Assembly (NCBI GenBank): GCA_051047955.1
Contig: JBPGPT010000020.1
Span: 248,001-312,000, forward strand
Length of the DNA: 64,000 nucleotides
Origin: Cystobasidiomycetes sp. EMM_F5
Taxonomy: Eukaryota
Direction of reading: 5' to 3'
Shown here in pieces: positions 1 through 13,888 of this stretch (positions within the stretch are counted from its first letter, which is position 1; every line of letters starts with the position of its first letter). The notes under the pieces are model-generated. The model worked only from the letters and a program-made list of their open reading frames with translations. It did no database searches and had not been told where the DNA came from. A program made the position numbers and the translations under genes.

Positions 1-238
1 CATACCCAACGGCATCTCGCTGGGAACCAGTCTATCAGCGGTAGTAGCATTCTTGCCAGTCTTGCCAACTCGTCGAGCTCTACTAGACCCTTCGCCGCGG
101 TCGCTGTCCTGCATATTTGGAATGCTCAGACTTGGTTGTAATACTTGTTTGATTCAAATTCCAAGCCCAGCTCTACTTTATGACTATGCAATATGCCTGA
201 TTTCTGAGTATCCTGAAGTGCTGTCACCGCAGCCTGCA

Positions 239-3200
239 ATGTGGGAGCAGTCTCTGTCTGGCCTCATAAAGGTGGGCCGCGCTTGAAGGCTGTACTGCTG
301 ATGTGTATTATCACTCATTTACTGGCATTGTATGTACAACCATCATCCAGGCCCTGCGAGCCAACAAGCGCGACGAGCACAGAGTCATCGCCCAGGCGTT
401 GGCAGAGATTGGCGATGAAGTCCGCAGCAAGGAGTGGGATATAAAAGCAGCCGCAGTGCTCAAGCTGACCTATGTGCGTCGAGGCATGTTTGCAGCTCGA
501 AGCTTTTCAATAACTAATGGTCTACCTCGATACGTCTCCAGCTCGAGATGCTGGGCCATCCAACCCTCCTCAAGCATTCATTCCCAGTCATCGAATGCAT
601 GTCGTCGCCAAAGTTCCACATCAAGCAGATCGGCTACCTAGCAGCGTCACAATCGTTTGCAGCGAGTACCGAAGTCATCCTGCTCGTACACAACCTCATC
701 AAGAAGGACCTTACGACATCAGCTCATCCGTCTACAGTCATACTCGCATTGACGTCGTTGCCGACGCTGCTCGAAGCGTCACCCCAACTCGCAGAAGATC
801 TCCTACCAGACTTGCTGCGTATGCTCACGCACTCGAAACCCCCAGTTCGACGGATAGCAACGCTGGTGAGTGGAAAAGTATGGGCATTGCAACATTCGGT
901 CGCCTTGGAATTCGGTCATGTCGAAAAGCTACGAGCAGGTCTGACCGACCCCGACCCGTCCGTCATTTCTGCGACCGTCAATGTTATGCTGGAACTCGCA
1001 CGTAGTCGTCCGGACTCTCTCGGTTCTTTACTCGGTCTGGCGCCTGATTTGTTTGACCTGCTCACCGAAAGCACAAACAACTGGATGCTCATCAAGATTG
1101 TCAAGCTCTTTGCGATTCTTACGCCCATAGAACCTCGATTAGTGCGGAAACTCCTTCCCCCTCTGACAAACCTCATCAGCAGCACGCCCGCCTTCTCATT
1201 GCTGTACGAATGCATTCAAACGGTAATCACTGGTGGTATGCTGTCCTCGTCCGGATCAAGCGAACAAGCCAGCCTGGCAACAACGTGCATCGACAAGCTA
1301 TCAGCCTTCCTGTCAGATTCGGATCAGAATCTACGATACATTGCCTTGAAAGGCCTGTCTCGACTACTGGCGACGGGTCACGCGCACCTCTTATCGCAGC
1401 ACTACGACGAGATTCTTACTTGCGTAGACGAGGAAGATCTCACTATCCGTTTGAAGGCTCTAGAGCTGATTGAACGGCTAACGGACCGCTCGACTTGCAA
1501 AGAGGTAGTGCGCCGCTTGTTGGCGCAAATATCGCCCAATACGCAGACGGGGAAAGGAAAGGGCAAGGCACACACAAGGTCACCATCGCAGCCGTCTGCA
1601 GCTGCAGCACTCCGCGCCATTTCCTCGTCATACGATAATGCTTCACCGTCAGGAATGGCTACAGACGCGCCAAACGCCATCATCTCATCTGCAGCCGTCA
1701 ATATGGCATTCTCAAATTACCGCTACAGATTACTTCTCCTCATCCTGCGACTGACAAGCCGGTCATCGGATGATGGCACACAACTCTATGTCAATATCTC
1801 GAATTTTGAATGGTACCTCGACAGCTTGGTTACGGTCGCGTATCTGTCGCTGTCATTTCCTCCTCCCGTGACGCCAGATGGTCAAGCGACTGTGGGCGCA
1901 CGAGTAGCCGAAGCATTGTTGGATGTCACTGCTCGGGCCACCAGCATTCGTGAGGTTGCAGTGAAGAAGATGCGAACGCTTCTAGTCAATGAGGCTTTCT
2001 CAGCACAGCATAAGACCGTGGACTCCAGGTCTGGACACTCTGTGCGCGCGGTCAATGACGCAGCTGCATTTATCGTCTCGGAGTACGCATCTCCAATAGA
2101 GGCGAAGCAGATAGCCGAACTGCTATACACTAAATCCAGTCAAAGTTCCGTTTGTGCGTTATGCGCAGCCAAATCGACCGCTAGATGGCTACAAGGTCTC
2201 TCTGGGCCGTCTTGGAGCGAGGACGCAATGTCTAGTGTCAAAGAACACCTCGAGGAGGGTATCGTAGCGCTGGAAAAGAATGAAGAGGTGCGGATTGCAT
2301 GATTGACCTTGTTTGACTCGAAAGCTGAAACGAAGCATGGACAGACTCCGTATCTGGTACAATTACTACGGACTGTCCGGGATCAGCTGGATGGTCAAAG
2401 GCTTTCTCCGATACCGGACGGACTTGTCGCAGAGCCAACGTCTCCACAAGCAGATCCCGAAAATGATGATCCACAGCCTGAAGATCCATCTCACAATCCA
2501 TTCGCATCGTCTGCGCGGTCAAACGCAGAGCCCGACAATAGTATGCACGAAAAGCAAGGCGCCCCAGCATGCCTTGTCTTCCTATCGACCCTCTTTTTTG
2601 TATACAACCTACTTCCTCTGGCTGATAATGCTCAGGCTGCTGTGCCCGTTCCAGATGGGCTTGATCTCGGTATTTGGATAGGGCAGCCGCTCGATAACAA
2701 ACCATCATACTTGGACTATGAAGAAAGTGACAGTGACGACCGGAAGCCGAGCATCGAAGTCGATGGATTTGGACGGCCAAAGAGCTTGCCGATAAGGTCT
2801 GACAGTCCGGTATACACGAGTGCATCTGGAAAAGCCAAGAAGCCAAAACGAAAAGACAAGGCAAAGGACGCGGGGAATGAGCAGATGAATGACGATGTTG
2901 ACGATATACCGATAGTCAAGCTTGATCTCGAAGGGGACGGCTTGCTCTCACCTCGGTTGAACGGCAGCTCGTCATCGGCAGCGTTGAGCGAGCGGGGGTC
3001 GAGAAAGAATAAGCGGAGATCGCCCGTACTGTCTCGGGCGCGTACTCCGTCACCTCCACCTCTCATACTAGCAGCTGGAGGGGACATGCCGACTGCACGG
3101 CCTCATACAACATCTGCAAAGGAAAAGGTTGAACCCACGAAGATCAGCGGAGGTAGTGCACCCGATTTAGTCGACGTGGAGCCCGCGGAGGAACGGCCAA

Positions 3201-3358
3201 ACGACAGCATCACGGCTGAGCATCCCCCCATAAAGGTTGTCAAGTCATCGAAGAAGGTCAAGAAGAAGCCAGAGAGGGACCAAGGTGAGGATGGGGTGAA
3301 GGTCAAGAAGAAAAAGAAGAGCAGTAGTAGCAATATCAGGGTAGATGAGGGATCTTGA
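239..3358 (+). CDS. APL5: AP-3 adaptor complex delta subunit (spliced)
   Basis: Spliced N-terminus MWEQSLSGLIK|ALRANK...AVLKLTY|LEMLG. Delta-adaptin motifs KQIGYLAASQSF, NNWMLIKIVKLF, SLLYECIQT, DSDQNLRYIAL and NFEWY. GT-AG introns at 272-350, 474-541 and ~2288-2344. Lys-rich tail. Confidence 0.93.
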
Positions 3359-3734
3359 ATTGTGTTTAATTCCAACGTGCGCTTGCAAATGCTGTTCTTT
3401 CCTTTTTTGGCAAACGAATCAATTACAAAATATGACAAATAATTTCCATACTCAGTACCGACGCGTTCTGTCAGGCCGTTATCATGCAGCAGCACATGCC
3501 GCGCTGCAAATTCAAAAGGGAACTCATCCTAAGGCCCTCCAAAGCTGCTCGACGCGTCCGGGAAAGCTGTACCGCCGCCTTGCCCTTGTCCTCTGGCCAA
3601 ACTTGCAGCCGCTGCTGACCCTTCCTCGCTGACCCTCCCGCGCACCTTCCCTTGTTCAGAGCGCAACTCCTCAGCCTGCTGCGCCTCTGGACTCTTGACC
3701 CACTCTTACCCTTGCAGCGGTCACTTCAGCGGCG

Positions 3735-6383
3735 ATGGCCGCTCTGCGCAAGACGGTCACTTTACAGATTCCAGACAGCGTGCCGGGAGACACGTCTGAA
3801 GACATCATCGAAAAGGGAAGCGATGTGTCCTCCTTCAGAACGAGCGACGTCCGTCAGAGGCAGGAGTTTGCAGGGTGGACACTGCTCTTCCTCGCCTTCC
3901 AGACTATCGGGACAGTGTATGGCGATATCGGAACGAGGTGAGCGCCAGCATGCACTGTTTCAATGCTGCTTGTTGACTGTCTCTACCTTGCCAGTCCTCT
4001 CTACGTGTTTTCAAGCACATTCACCGAAAGTCCGACTGCCGAAGAAACGCTTTGCGCAGTTTCTCTCATAATCTACAGTCTGACAATCATGGTGACCATC
4101 AAGTACGCATTCATCGTCCTGTTTGCAGATGACGCAGGCGAAGGCGGGACCTTCAGCTTGTACTCTCTACTTGCACGGTATGCGAAGATTGAGGATCGAC
4201 AGCCTGGCAAGGCGACAAAAGAACTGGACAGATACAAGACGGGCGATCTATCGCGGCCTGCTGTGGGTATCAGAAAGTTCTTCGAAAGCAGTACGGCGTT
4301 CAAGAGGTCGGTGCGACTGGCTGCGATCTTCGGGATCTGTGCTGGTATGTGCTTTTGCTTGTGGACGAAGCAGACAACGATAGCTGATCGATGCCGCTCT
4401 CGTCAACAGTCATGGCAGACGGTGTTTTCACTCCCGCACAATCTGTTCTTGGTGCTATTCAAGGTGTGAGGGTGTACAACGAAGACCTCTCCACGAATGC
4501 TATCATCGGCATCACGATCGCCATCCTAGTTCTTCTATTCGCGGTTCAGCCCTTTGGAATCAACAGATTGGCCGTCGCATACGCCCCAATCGTGACGCTA
4601 TGGCTGCTGTTCAACGTTGCGTGCGCGATTTACAATTTTGCCATCTACGGCGGCACAATCTTCAAAGCTTTCAATCCATACTACGCTGGAAGGTTCTTCA
4701 TCGTCGCTGGTTCGGATGTTGCCTTTCACAGGCTGGGTGGTATTTTGCTATGTTTTACAGGTGTAGAGGTACGGGTATAGATAATGTCTTAGGGTGCATT
4801 GGGGCTGAATCGCTGCGAAAAGGCTCTCTTTGCAGATTTAGGCGCATTTAGTCGCAAATCTATTCAGTTCTCCTGGCTGTTCTTCACCTACCCATGCTTG
4901 TTGCTTACATACCTAGGCCAAGCGGCCAACATTTCCGTCATTCCGGACAATTTTGCCAACCCATTCTTCTTGAGTGAGTCGTGGTGTATACTAAATGAGG
5001 CTACTGAAACGGAACTGACCTTTGTCCAGCTTTGCCACCGGGTATATTTTGGCCTGGTCTGATTCTGTCCATTCTGGCAGCTATAGTCGCCTCGCAAGCA
5101 ATGATCACGGGATCCTTCCAGATTCTGTCGCAAGCTATGCATCTTAGCTACTTTCCTAGAATTACACTCAAATTCACGAGCAAAGTTGTCCATAACCAGG
5201 TATATGTACCACTGGCAAACTGGCTCCTCATGATTGGATGCATCATTGTCACTGGAGTCTTCAACAACACTACTTCTCTCGGAAACGCGTAGTGAGCTTA
5301 CAATGCACCACCTGATATGACTTTTCTGACTGTAAAGAATTACATTTCCAATGATGAAGCGGTCTCTGCGTTGTGTAAGCAGCCTCATCATTGCTCTTAG
5401 ACTTATGCTGAGTGGTATTCAATGCGTTGTTCGTTATTGCAGCCTCGTGACCGTAATCACTACCTGCCTTACCTCGCTTGTAGCCATCATCGTGTGGAAA
5501 TTCAAGCCTTTCTTGGTAGTCCTACCGATCTTCCTCATCTTCAGTGCGTGATTTACTAGTTGGGCATTACTGCTGTCTGTCGAGATCACCTTGCTGACAT
5601 GTCTACTATGGCTCATTGTTAAAAGTCACCTCTGATGGTCTCTGGCTATCCATTTCCCTCTTCAAAGTGCCGGACGGTGCTTGGGTAACCGTTCTCATCG
5701 CAGCAGGTCTGGCACTCGTCATGATCATCTGGCGTACTGGAAAGAGCTGGCAGTGGGCTGCCGAGGATAAAGCGATCGCTGCGATGCGGCAGAACGTGGC
5801 CGACTTTAACGAGCAGCATCAGTGCACACAGATTCCGGGCACTGGCATTTTCTTTGATGAAATGGACGACAAGATTCCTCCCATCTTTGATTACTGGGTC
5901 CGGTCGTTGCAGTCGGTGCACAAAGTGACGCTCTTTGTTCATCTGCGACAGACCTACCATCCAACGGTACTTGAGGAGGAGCGGTATACCGTCACGAGCG
6001 TTCCGTCTCTGGCCAACACTTACAAGGTGTTGGTGAGATACGGCTACAATGAGGCAAGGCATGCGATGGAAGCGGCGGCTGCTGTCATTGATGCAGTCGA
6101 CACGTTCCTGGACAGAGAGGTGTCCAACTCGCAGACAGGCTCGATGAGACACGACAAGGCCATTGAAAGACAGAGCGTTCTCAATCTTGCCAAAGCCGAG
6201 AAGGCACCTGCCTACTTTTTCGGAAGGAAGGATATACAGGTAAAGGGCGGTACCAAGAATCCTATTCGGCGATTCATTATCTTTACGTTTTCGCTCATCA
6301 GAGATGTCATGGTCTCGAAGCCGAGACTGTGGAAGCTGGAATCGGATAGAATCATCGAAGTTGGCAAGGCCGTTGTTTTATGA
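3735..6383 (+). CDS. HAK1: KUP/HAK/KT family potassium transporter (multi-exon)
   Basis: Motifs GTVYGDIGT|SPLY, GEGGTFSLYSL, DGVFTPAQSVLGA, GVE|ALFADLG, ASQAMITGSFQ, QVYVPLANW, GNAYG (across a 15-nt exon), KVPDGAW and RYGY. Confidence 0.93.
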
Positions 6384-6643
6384 CGTTGGCTTTCCAGGAC
6401 CGACCTCCGGGTTCGCTGTCCTGTTCTAGCATGCTCTATCGTATCACTCGTTGTTGAGCGTTCTCCCAATCGTATCTTCGAAATGTCCTGCCGTTGATTC
6501 TCGTACCTGAAACACCGCCGTCACTTGGCAGCTCGACGGTACAGCCCCCTCGGCAGAGAGGGTAATACATCTGAAATGAATGCAGCTTGACCTCGTTCCA
6601 TCCAGTACTGTATACTGTGGACAGCGCACACTCGGATCCAAGG

Positions 6644-8154
6644 ATGGCTTACAATCAGTACGGGGCTCAAGGAGGTTACAATCCACCTCCCGGCAATCCA
6701 TACGCTCCACCACCTCAAGCCTACCCTACGCAAGCATCATATCCTGCTCCAGGCTACCCTCAACCACCTACCCAGCCAGGATTCGGCCACAATGCTTACG
6801 GTCCTCTAGGTGGGGCTCCGCCGCACGCCCAGCAAGCCTTTGGTCCACCATCGTATCCTGCAGCAACCCCTCAGTATGGACACTACAACCAGCCTCCAGT
6901 CGCAGTCGGCCTGAGCCATCCACCCGTCCCAATGTCGCAAGCCACGCCGTATGGCAACCCGCAGGTGCAGCCGACTGGACCCTGGTACAACGGTACTCCA
7001 CTCGCCTGGGATCCACTGATTACGACTGTCGCACCTCCTAATCCGCTACCTGGCTACGATCCAAGTCTTGATGTCGAGGGCATATACAGGGCCTGCAAGG
7101 GTTTTGGAACTGACGAGAAGGCTCTGCATCGTATCCTATGCCCAAAGGTGTGTACACGCTACAAACCAGAAGCAATGGCTACTGACGTCGCTTCTACAGT
7201 CTGCAGCTCATATGCAAGTCATTGTTGATCAATACAAGGCAAAGAAGGGTAAAGACCTCGACGAAGTCATCAAAAAGGAGACTTCACGATGGCACGAGAC
7301 TACGCTTCGAGCACTGGTCGCAGGACCGCTGTTTGGTGATGCAGACCTGCTCCATAATGCCCTTGCTGGTCTGGGCACCAAAGAGACCACATTGACGGAG
7401 CTGATAATTGGCAGATGTAAGATGCGTGACCGGTGTCACGTAGACTCTTAGCTGATTACATCCGATTTGCGTAGCTGCTTCCGATATTCAGATGCTCCGC
7501 TTGGCATACCAGAAGAAGTATCACAAATCTATGGACCAAATGGTTCTTGATGATCTGTCATTGAAGACCAAAGACGCATTCGCGATTGCTTTGAGAGCAC
7601 AATGGACCGATAATGGCTACGTTGATCCTACCCTCCTCCACAACGACGTCGAGCATCTCAAGATGTACATGCGCTTTGGTGCGACTGACGAAATTGCAGT
7701 GTGAGCTTTGTACAACCACTTTTACTCCAGAACCACTACTGATGTGATGACGCCGACCAGTGCCTCTATCATTTTTGCGCGCAGCCCGACCTACATGCAG
7801 GCCTTGTGCGCAAGTTTCAGACAGCGTCATTCGGTCTCGCTCACATCGCAAATCAAGAAGCACTTTAGTTTCCACCTCAAGGATGCGCTACTGTACGCTA
7901 TCGAGGGTGGCAAGAAGGATGGGAAGGGCATATGGCGAGATGCAAAGATGCTCGAGGTGGCCATGACTGGTGCCGGTACAAAGGATCATCAGCTCATCTA
8001 TCGTATCGTAAGAGCGCATTGGGATCGTCCACGCTTCGAGCAGGTCAAACAGGCGTACATGACGAAATATCGCAAGCCTCTTGTTGCTCGTGTGCGCTCG
8101 GAAACTTCTGGCCACTACGAGGATGCTCTAGTCTCAATCATTGAGGGGAGATAA
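6644..8154 (+). CDS. Annexin with Pro/Gln/Tyr/Gly-rich N-terminal tail (annexin A7/A11-like)
   Basis: Annexin repeat signatures KGFGTDEKAL, GLGTKETTLTE, GAGTKD and SETSGHY. Low-complexity PQYG N-terminus. Introns near 7148, 7417 and 7700. Confidence 0.9.
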
Positions 8155-8359
8155 CGTCCGCTGAAACCCGCTCAGAACCCATTAGGCAATGCCCCGTGAC
8201 CGTGTACACTGTACCTTATCCTTGTATTGTGTGAGCTATGATACACTGCTCGATCTATGCTTTAATGTTCAATACATTCTCGAGCATCATAGGCTGCACA
8301 ACGAAGGTGTCCATCACTTCAAATTTGCTCCCGACATCAAGGCCATTTCCGCAAATATC

Positions 8360-9138
8360 CTAAGCAGGGATGAGCCTCATAGTGACCACCTGGCAGAAAT
8401 CGAGCTTGTTGCTTGGTACTTCAGTTGCAACCATCAAATCCTGGGGATTTTGATGTCAGATCAGACCTCGCGCCGGCAAGATGATGTGGCCTCACATCGC
8501 CGTAGTCGCACAAGGACATTTCTCCGGCCGGAGCGAATGAGCAAACGAGCATACCGTCTTGGGACTTGCAATCACCGTAGACGCCATTGTAGTCTATGTG
8601 TAACTCTTCGGAGTCAAGCCAAATGGGCGACTGCAGCGCACTGGTAGTCCAGACGGCATCAGCTTTGTAACCCTGGCTGTCTACTAGGCGGCATTGACTG
8701 TCGAAGCGAAAGACTTCGGCAGCAGTAGCATTTGAAGTCCAGGACATGTAACGATAGAAATTGGTCTCCAACGGCTCAATGACCGAGGCGTAGTTTCCAG
8801 ATACGCTGCCATCCTGATTGATGACGGCGAGTTGGAATGCAGACGCAACGCCGCACGATCTGTGTATGACACAAAACGCGTCAGCGTTGCGCAAGACAAT
8901 TTCAATTCGTACGAGATGACCGCCTGACTTACGAAGGCACGGAAGATCCGACTGCTTGTCGTTTGTCATTGAGCGGATGGGACTGGTGTTGCAGGGAACG
9001 AGCGACCTGGACGCGGGTAGCCTGACGAAGCTTGTGGGGTTCTGAGCCTTGAGGGGATGCTGCTGGCACGGCTAGGATGGCCGGAGCGCAGACCAGGGTC
9101 AGGAAGAGGAGGATGAGAGCTTTGGGTACATTACGCAT
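8360..9138 (-). CDS. Hypothetical secreted protein (signal peptide, KR site, several Cys; spliced)
   Basis: Signal peptide MRNVPKALILLFLTLVCAPAILA, then DKR|Q. Middle exon ...AFQLAVINQDG...LCDYGD. Last exon DLMVATEVPSNKLDFCQVVTMRLIPA* follows a CTGAC..CCCAG acceptor. Confidence 0.65.
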
Positions 9139-9994
9139 CGCAAGTTTCTTCAGATAACAAAGCTCAGCCAGCGTGCTCAGATGATGTGGTATACGTTACG
9201 TACATCCATGCTTAACGATGGCGACGGCTAGTCTTAAGATCTTGTGGACCAAGTGTGTACGTAGTCCGGAGACCAGTAACTTAGTATGTAACAGCAATAA
9301 TGTGGGCTGCTTGCAAGAGGCATCAAGTACGGAATTGTAAACATCCATTGAGATGGTTGTGTCCCTGATGGTACAAGGTATGTGGGGTATGCAATATCCG
9401 GTCTGGAAGGATCAAGTCAAGCTGCAACGAGGATGTTCAAGCTGATTCACTGCATGTATCGACAAGTTATAGTAGTGATTTAGGCAATCACCAATTGTTT
9501 GCATTTGTTGCAGTACGTACTCGATGCTGTATTGCAAGCCGCCACAGGCCGGACTTCAGCGCTGCTCGTTGGCTGCTTGGAACCTCCCTTGACAGCCCCG
9601 AGTCTCGGGCGGGCTGCATGGTTGACTATGAGGTCCGCAAAGGCTCGGCAGGAATGTCCACGTTTGTCGTCAAGATAACATGCCTCACTGTCAGAAACCA
9701 CGGAAGAGACGTCTTTGCCTGCCAATCAGTGCTAACAATAACATAACTCCCTGCGTCGCTGGGAATGTAAACAATTTTACTTCGCAATCACTCTCGTTCC
9801 CAGGCCTCTTGTGCACCAGTCCTCTCCTCACTCACAATAATACCCTGCTTCAGATTCCGGACTATCGCCCACTACTCTCTATCTGAAACTGGTCCACCCT
9901 CTAATCTTTCATTCATTCCCCCACACTCGTTTAGACCCACAAACATTGCAGACTTGCGCTGCGGCTTTGTATCCTCCGTCAGCAGCGAGCCGAC

Positions 9995-12379
9995 ATGCGT
10001 CTTACAGTCCTAGCTGCTTGCGTGAGCGTAGTAGCATCATTCACGGGGACAGCCGCAACCAGCCCCGGTATCTCCGAGCCCGCAAGTTCCTCAATACTAG
10101 AGCCTGACCCCCCTCTCATAAAGCGACAAGGTATCTCGACCCTCAATCAAGTTCTCGAGTGCTTTCCGGATGGCTTGCCCGGCGTAGACCAGATTCCAGT
10201 CCTCTATATTCCCATGGCTACCGATCCGAATACGCAAGCAAGCATCCCCCTTGACAAGCCAGACTGGGAGATGTGGCATGTAAGCTATCGATTTCACCCT
10301 CATGCAATTACACAGCTCACATAAGTGCAGGCGCTACGCATGACCGATTGGTTGCAAGCAGTCTTGGACGGATGCCCTGCAGCTCGAAGACCGGTCTGCA
10401 ACCCAGGCCAAGCTTCGCAGACAGTTTGTCGGTGGCCGAGAGTCATGGCCGCTCTCCTTGTTGGCAGACTCAATCAAACTGACGGCAGTCGCACTATCGC
10501 CAACCTTGACGTAGGTCTGCCGATAGCCGAGAGGAAGGCAAGCTAAGTGTCTCACCGTTCAGTGCAATCACGTCTCCTGTAACTGGCATGGCTACTCAGA
10601 TTCACAGCGAGGGCCTATGCGCGGTCCTAATGATGCATTCTCGTTGAAGCTGAACGCGTCACCGGACGAGATCCTTGAGTACCGTAGATGGTATGCTTTC
10701 TTGGCATTGCAAGCCGTTCAGATCCGCTTCAATTCAATGAGAGGCGTCATCTCGCAGGCCACGCTCACCACTGGTTTTAATCTCGCTACTATTACCTCAG
10801 CTCTCACCAGATTCGCAGACATCCCCGCACCACCAACTTTTGCATGGACCGATCTTCTGCAATTTGTTGGCATTTTAGCTGATTTCGTGCCCGGTGCAAG
10901 GCAATTCAAAGCCAGTAAGCAATGTGAGACTTTGTCTTAAGCGGACCCTGAAGACGCGTGCTCAGTTCTTAGCGCTGCCGAAAAGATTTCAAAAATCCCG
11001 GGAGCCACATTCCTCGGAATTGATGCACAAGCTGCCTTCATCACATTAGGGTTGAGTAAGGACAGCGATGATAAGGTGTTAGCAAAAGTGCTTAAAGTCG
11101 TGAGTGACGTTGCGGCAGATCTCTGAGCTTAAAACTTACCAAATATGTCGTCGCAGGCAACTACGACTAGCAGCATTGTGAGAAATGCTGTAGGCTATGA
11201 CAAGCCTGGTTACGATCCGGACAAGCCTGTGGTCACAGCGGCCAGGATGCAAGACTTCTTCGCCGACTTTTTCACAGCCACCATGCGCAACTTGGCAACC
11301 CAGACCGATGATGCCATCTTCGGAGATCCCATGGCGGAGACAGGATACTTCAGTTTGGTTTCCACTGGCATGTACAGCGAGGGATACGAAGTGCCTTTGG
11401 TAAGTAAGACTAGTCGTAATGCTCCAGGCGCCTCATTGACGCAAGAGGTGCAGCAAACCGAGCTGCAGGCTCAAGCGGAAGAGTATAGCGAATATCTCAA
11501 GGAGAAGGTAGCACTCAAGATATTTGAAATGTACGAAATCTTCCTCTACAAGCAATTCATGACAAGTCGCGATGCCTGCCTCGCCAACTTCGTACCACGG
11601 TAAGTGGCTGGATTTCAGCCGGCAATATCAGGCTGACTGCGCCTTCCCAGTGGTTATGGCCAGGAATGCGTTCAGGAGGATGGCAGATGGTTCCTCTACA
11701 TGCCCTTAACACGTCAAGCGCTCGACACGCAGGCTCCCATGGGTCGATACTCGCGACGTTACGAAGGTTTCCAAAGTGGCAATCTGGCAACCGTAAACCG
11801 AGACTTCAATATGCGGTCCCTTTATAACCGTATGGTACTACGGCTTACGGCGTAGCGCGGCATTGCTAACATCTCTTGTCAGGCTCCAATACTTGCTATC
11901 AGCATACCAACCAGCCGTACATCAACTCAAATGGCTACGTTTGCCATTTCAACGAGACGAGAATTGACGTGCAAGCTTGGCCTGCCGCAGAGAGGTCTGT
12001 GATGGATGATAACCCTCGCAATGCAATCTGCCATATCAACATACCAGGTCAGTCTGAATGCGGCTACCTTCTCTGTGACCTACTGACAAGATCAGATGAG
12101 CAGTCTTGGATTCGACCAGCCCAGCCGTACAGGCGACCAACAGGGCCAGATGGTTCAGTCATCAACACATTCGCTTTTTCAATCCGTCGTGGCGATTCAG
12201 GGTGGTTGCTCTCGGGCGGCCCGGGCAGAATGTCATTGAAAGAGCCGAAAGGATTAACGAGGGTCAACACAACCCGCCAATCGCATTCTTCAGGAACGCT
12301 GGAAATCTACTGGGAGGGAGGGCATTCAATGCTGGTCAGTCATGGTCTGCCTGTTAGCAACGAGCGCTGTCCAGACTAA
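9995..12379 (+). CDS. Hypothetical large secreted protein (multi-exon, unknown family)
   Basis: Signal peptide MRLTVLAACVSVVASFTGTAA, then IKR|Q. Successive protein-like ORF blocks (10325, 10617, 11145, 11876) are separated by short GT..AG intervals. Exact exon boundaries are uncertain. Confidence 0.6.
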
Positions 12380-12815
12380 GCGTTCTGCCTCAAACAGCTA
12401 CTTGGCTCTTCTACAACGGCCAGCCTGCAGAAACGCGATGCAGTCGATTAGACTTGGGCAGGATGGCAGAACGCTTAGTTCAACGAGGGCCAATTGGCGA
12501 TTCGGATCACTGGGATGGACGCCATATATGAGAGCCTATTTGTATCGTAAGCTTAGTTTGGAATGAAACCTTCAGCTGGGCTGCAGTAAACCAGTACTAC
12601 GTGGGGATCTGGCATTGAGGGGAACTGAAGGCAGAGCGTCTGTGTCGTTGGAACAGAGACATGCAAGCATCGTGCATAGGGACAGTGTACCTCTAGCAAT
12701 TGACCGAATAGAACCGCATTCCCTGCTTGTTTCTGTCGCTGCAACAACATGCTGCGCGGTCGCGTAGATGACGCTCGCGTGCACAGGACTCTCCACGTTT
12801 GACTGACCATTCGAG

Positions 12816-13888
12816 ATGCCGCCAGATGGACCGAATACCATTCTGACGCTCGGAGCTGATATTACAGCCCACCATGCTCCTATCGCACTCGCCGATGCTG
12901 CCATTCCCGCTCTCCAGTCGCACAATATGCAGTTTGAATGGACATTGCGTCCTCGTCTCCCAGATCACTTGAAAGAAGGCTGCCAGCTCGAGGCAGAGCG
13001 CACCCTGTCGTTCAATGAAGAACTCGGGTCTCTGACATATCTCGCAAGAATCGCAGGCTGCGAGGCCGAACATCGTCTCATCGTCAAGCTGTTTGGCACA
13101 TGTTATTGGACGGACGACGAAAGCAAGCAGGTGCCGCCATCAATGCCGTGGGAGAACGAAACAGCCATGCGGGCAAAGTATGCTCGAGTCGACTACCCTT
13201 CCAAAGCATACGCCCTTTTCAACGAGATGCTAGCTTATGGCAAAGCTTGCCATCTGCAGGGTACAGTATTACCCCACTTTTACGGCGCTTTCGTGCTCGA
13301 GGTCAGTCGCGATCTGTTCGAGTTCTAATTCCCCGCTAATACTTGGCCCACTTCTTGATCCTAGTCTTCCACCGTCGAAGTGATGAACGCAAACAGGGTA
13401 ATCTATGCCCTTTTGATAGAGGATGTCGGGCGTGTGAATGCCTACAAGTACTTTTCTCAGCCACTGGAGGCAACGCAAGTGAAACACATGGTTCGTAACG
13501 AGTGCGCTGCGCAGCACTCTGTGCATTCTGACGTCGAATCACCTCTCAGTTCAGCAAGACCCTTGCTGCGTATATTAGATTGCATGGCTGCGATATCACG
13601 CATCTCGACATTACAGCAGCGAATGTGCTCATTGTTGAAAAGGCGGAAAATGATATCGATCCTGTCTTGATTGACTTCGCAATGTGTGAATCCATCTCCG
13701 CCGTCAGGCATCAAGGCGTCTGGTCAAACACGGCGTGCTTTCCGAGGATATTGTTCGATGTCCAGGACACTTACTATGAGCAGGAATCGTCTGTTGGTGA
13801 CCCTATATGGGATTGGGAGAAGGAAGCTGAAGGTAGCGGAGCACTAGCTTTGATGGAACTCGATCCCTTTGAGTTGCGCCGTCAGTGA
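12816..13888 (+). CDS. Atypical protein-kinase-like fold protein (3 exons)
   Basis: LIVKLF (beta3 Lys), FNEMLAY (alphaC Glu), LQGTVLPHFYG, catalytic loop HLDITAAN and VLIDF. Introns ~13312-13363 and ~13491-13549 join the exons in frame. Confidence 0.75.
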
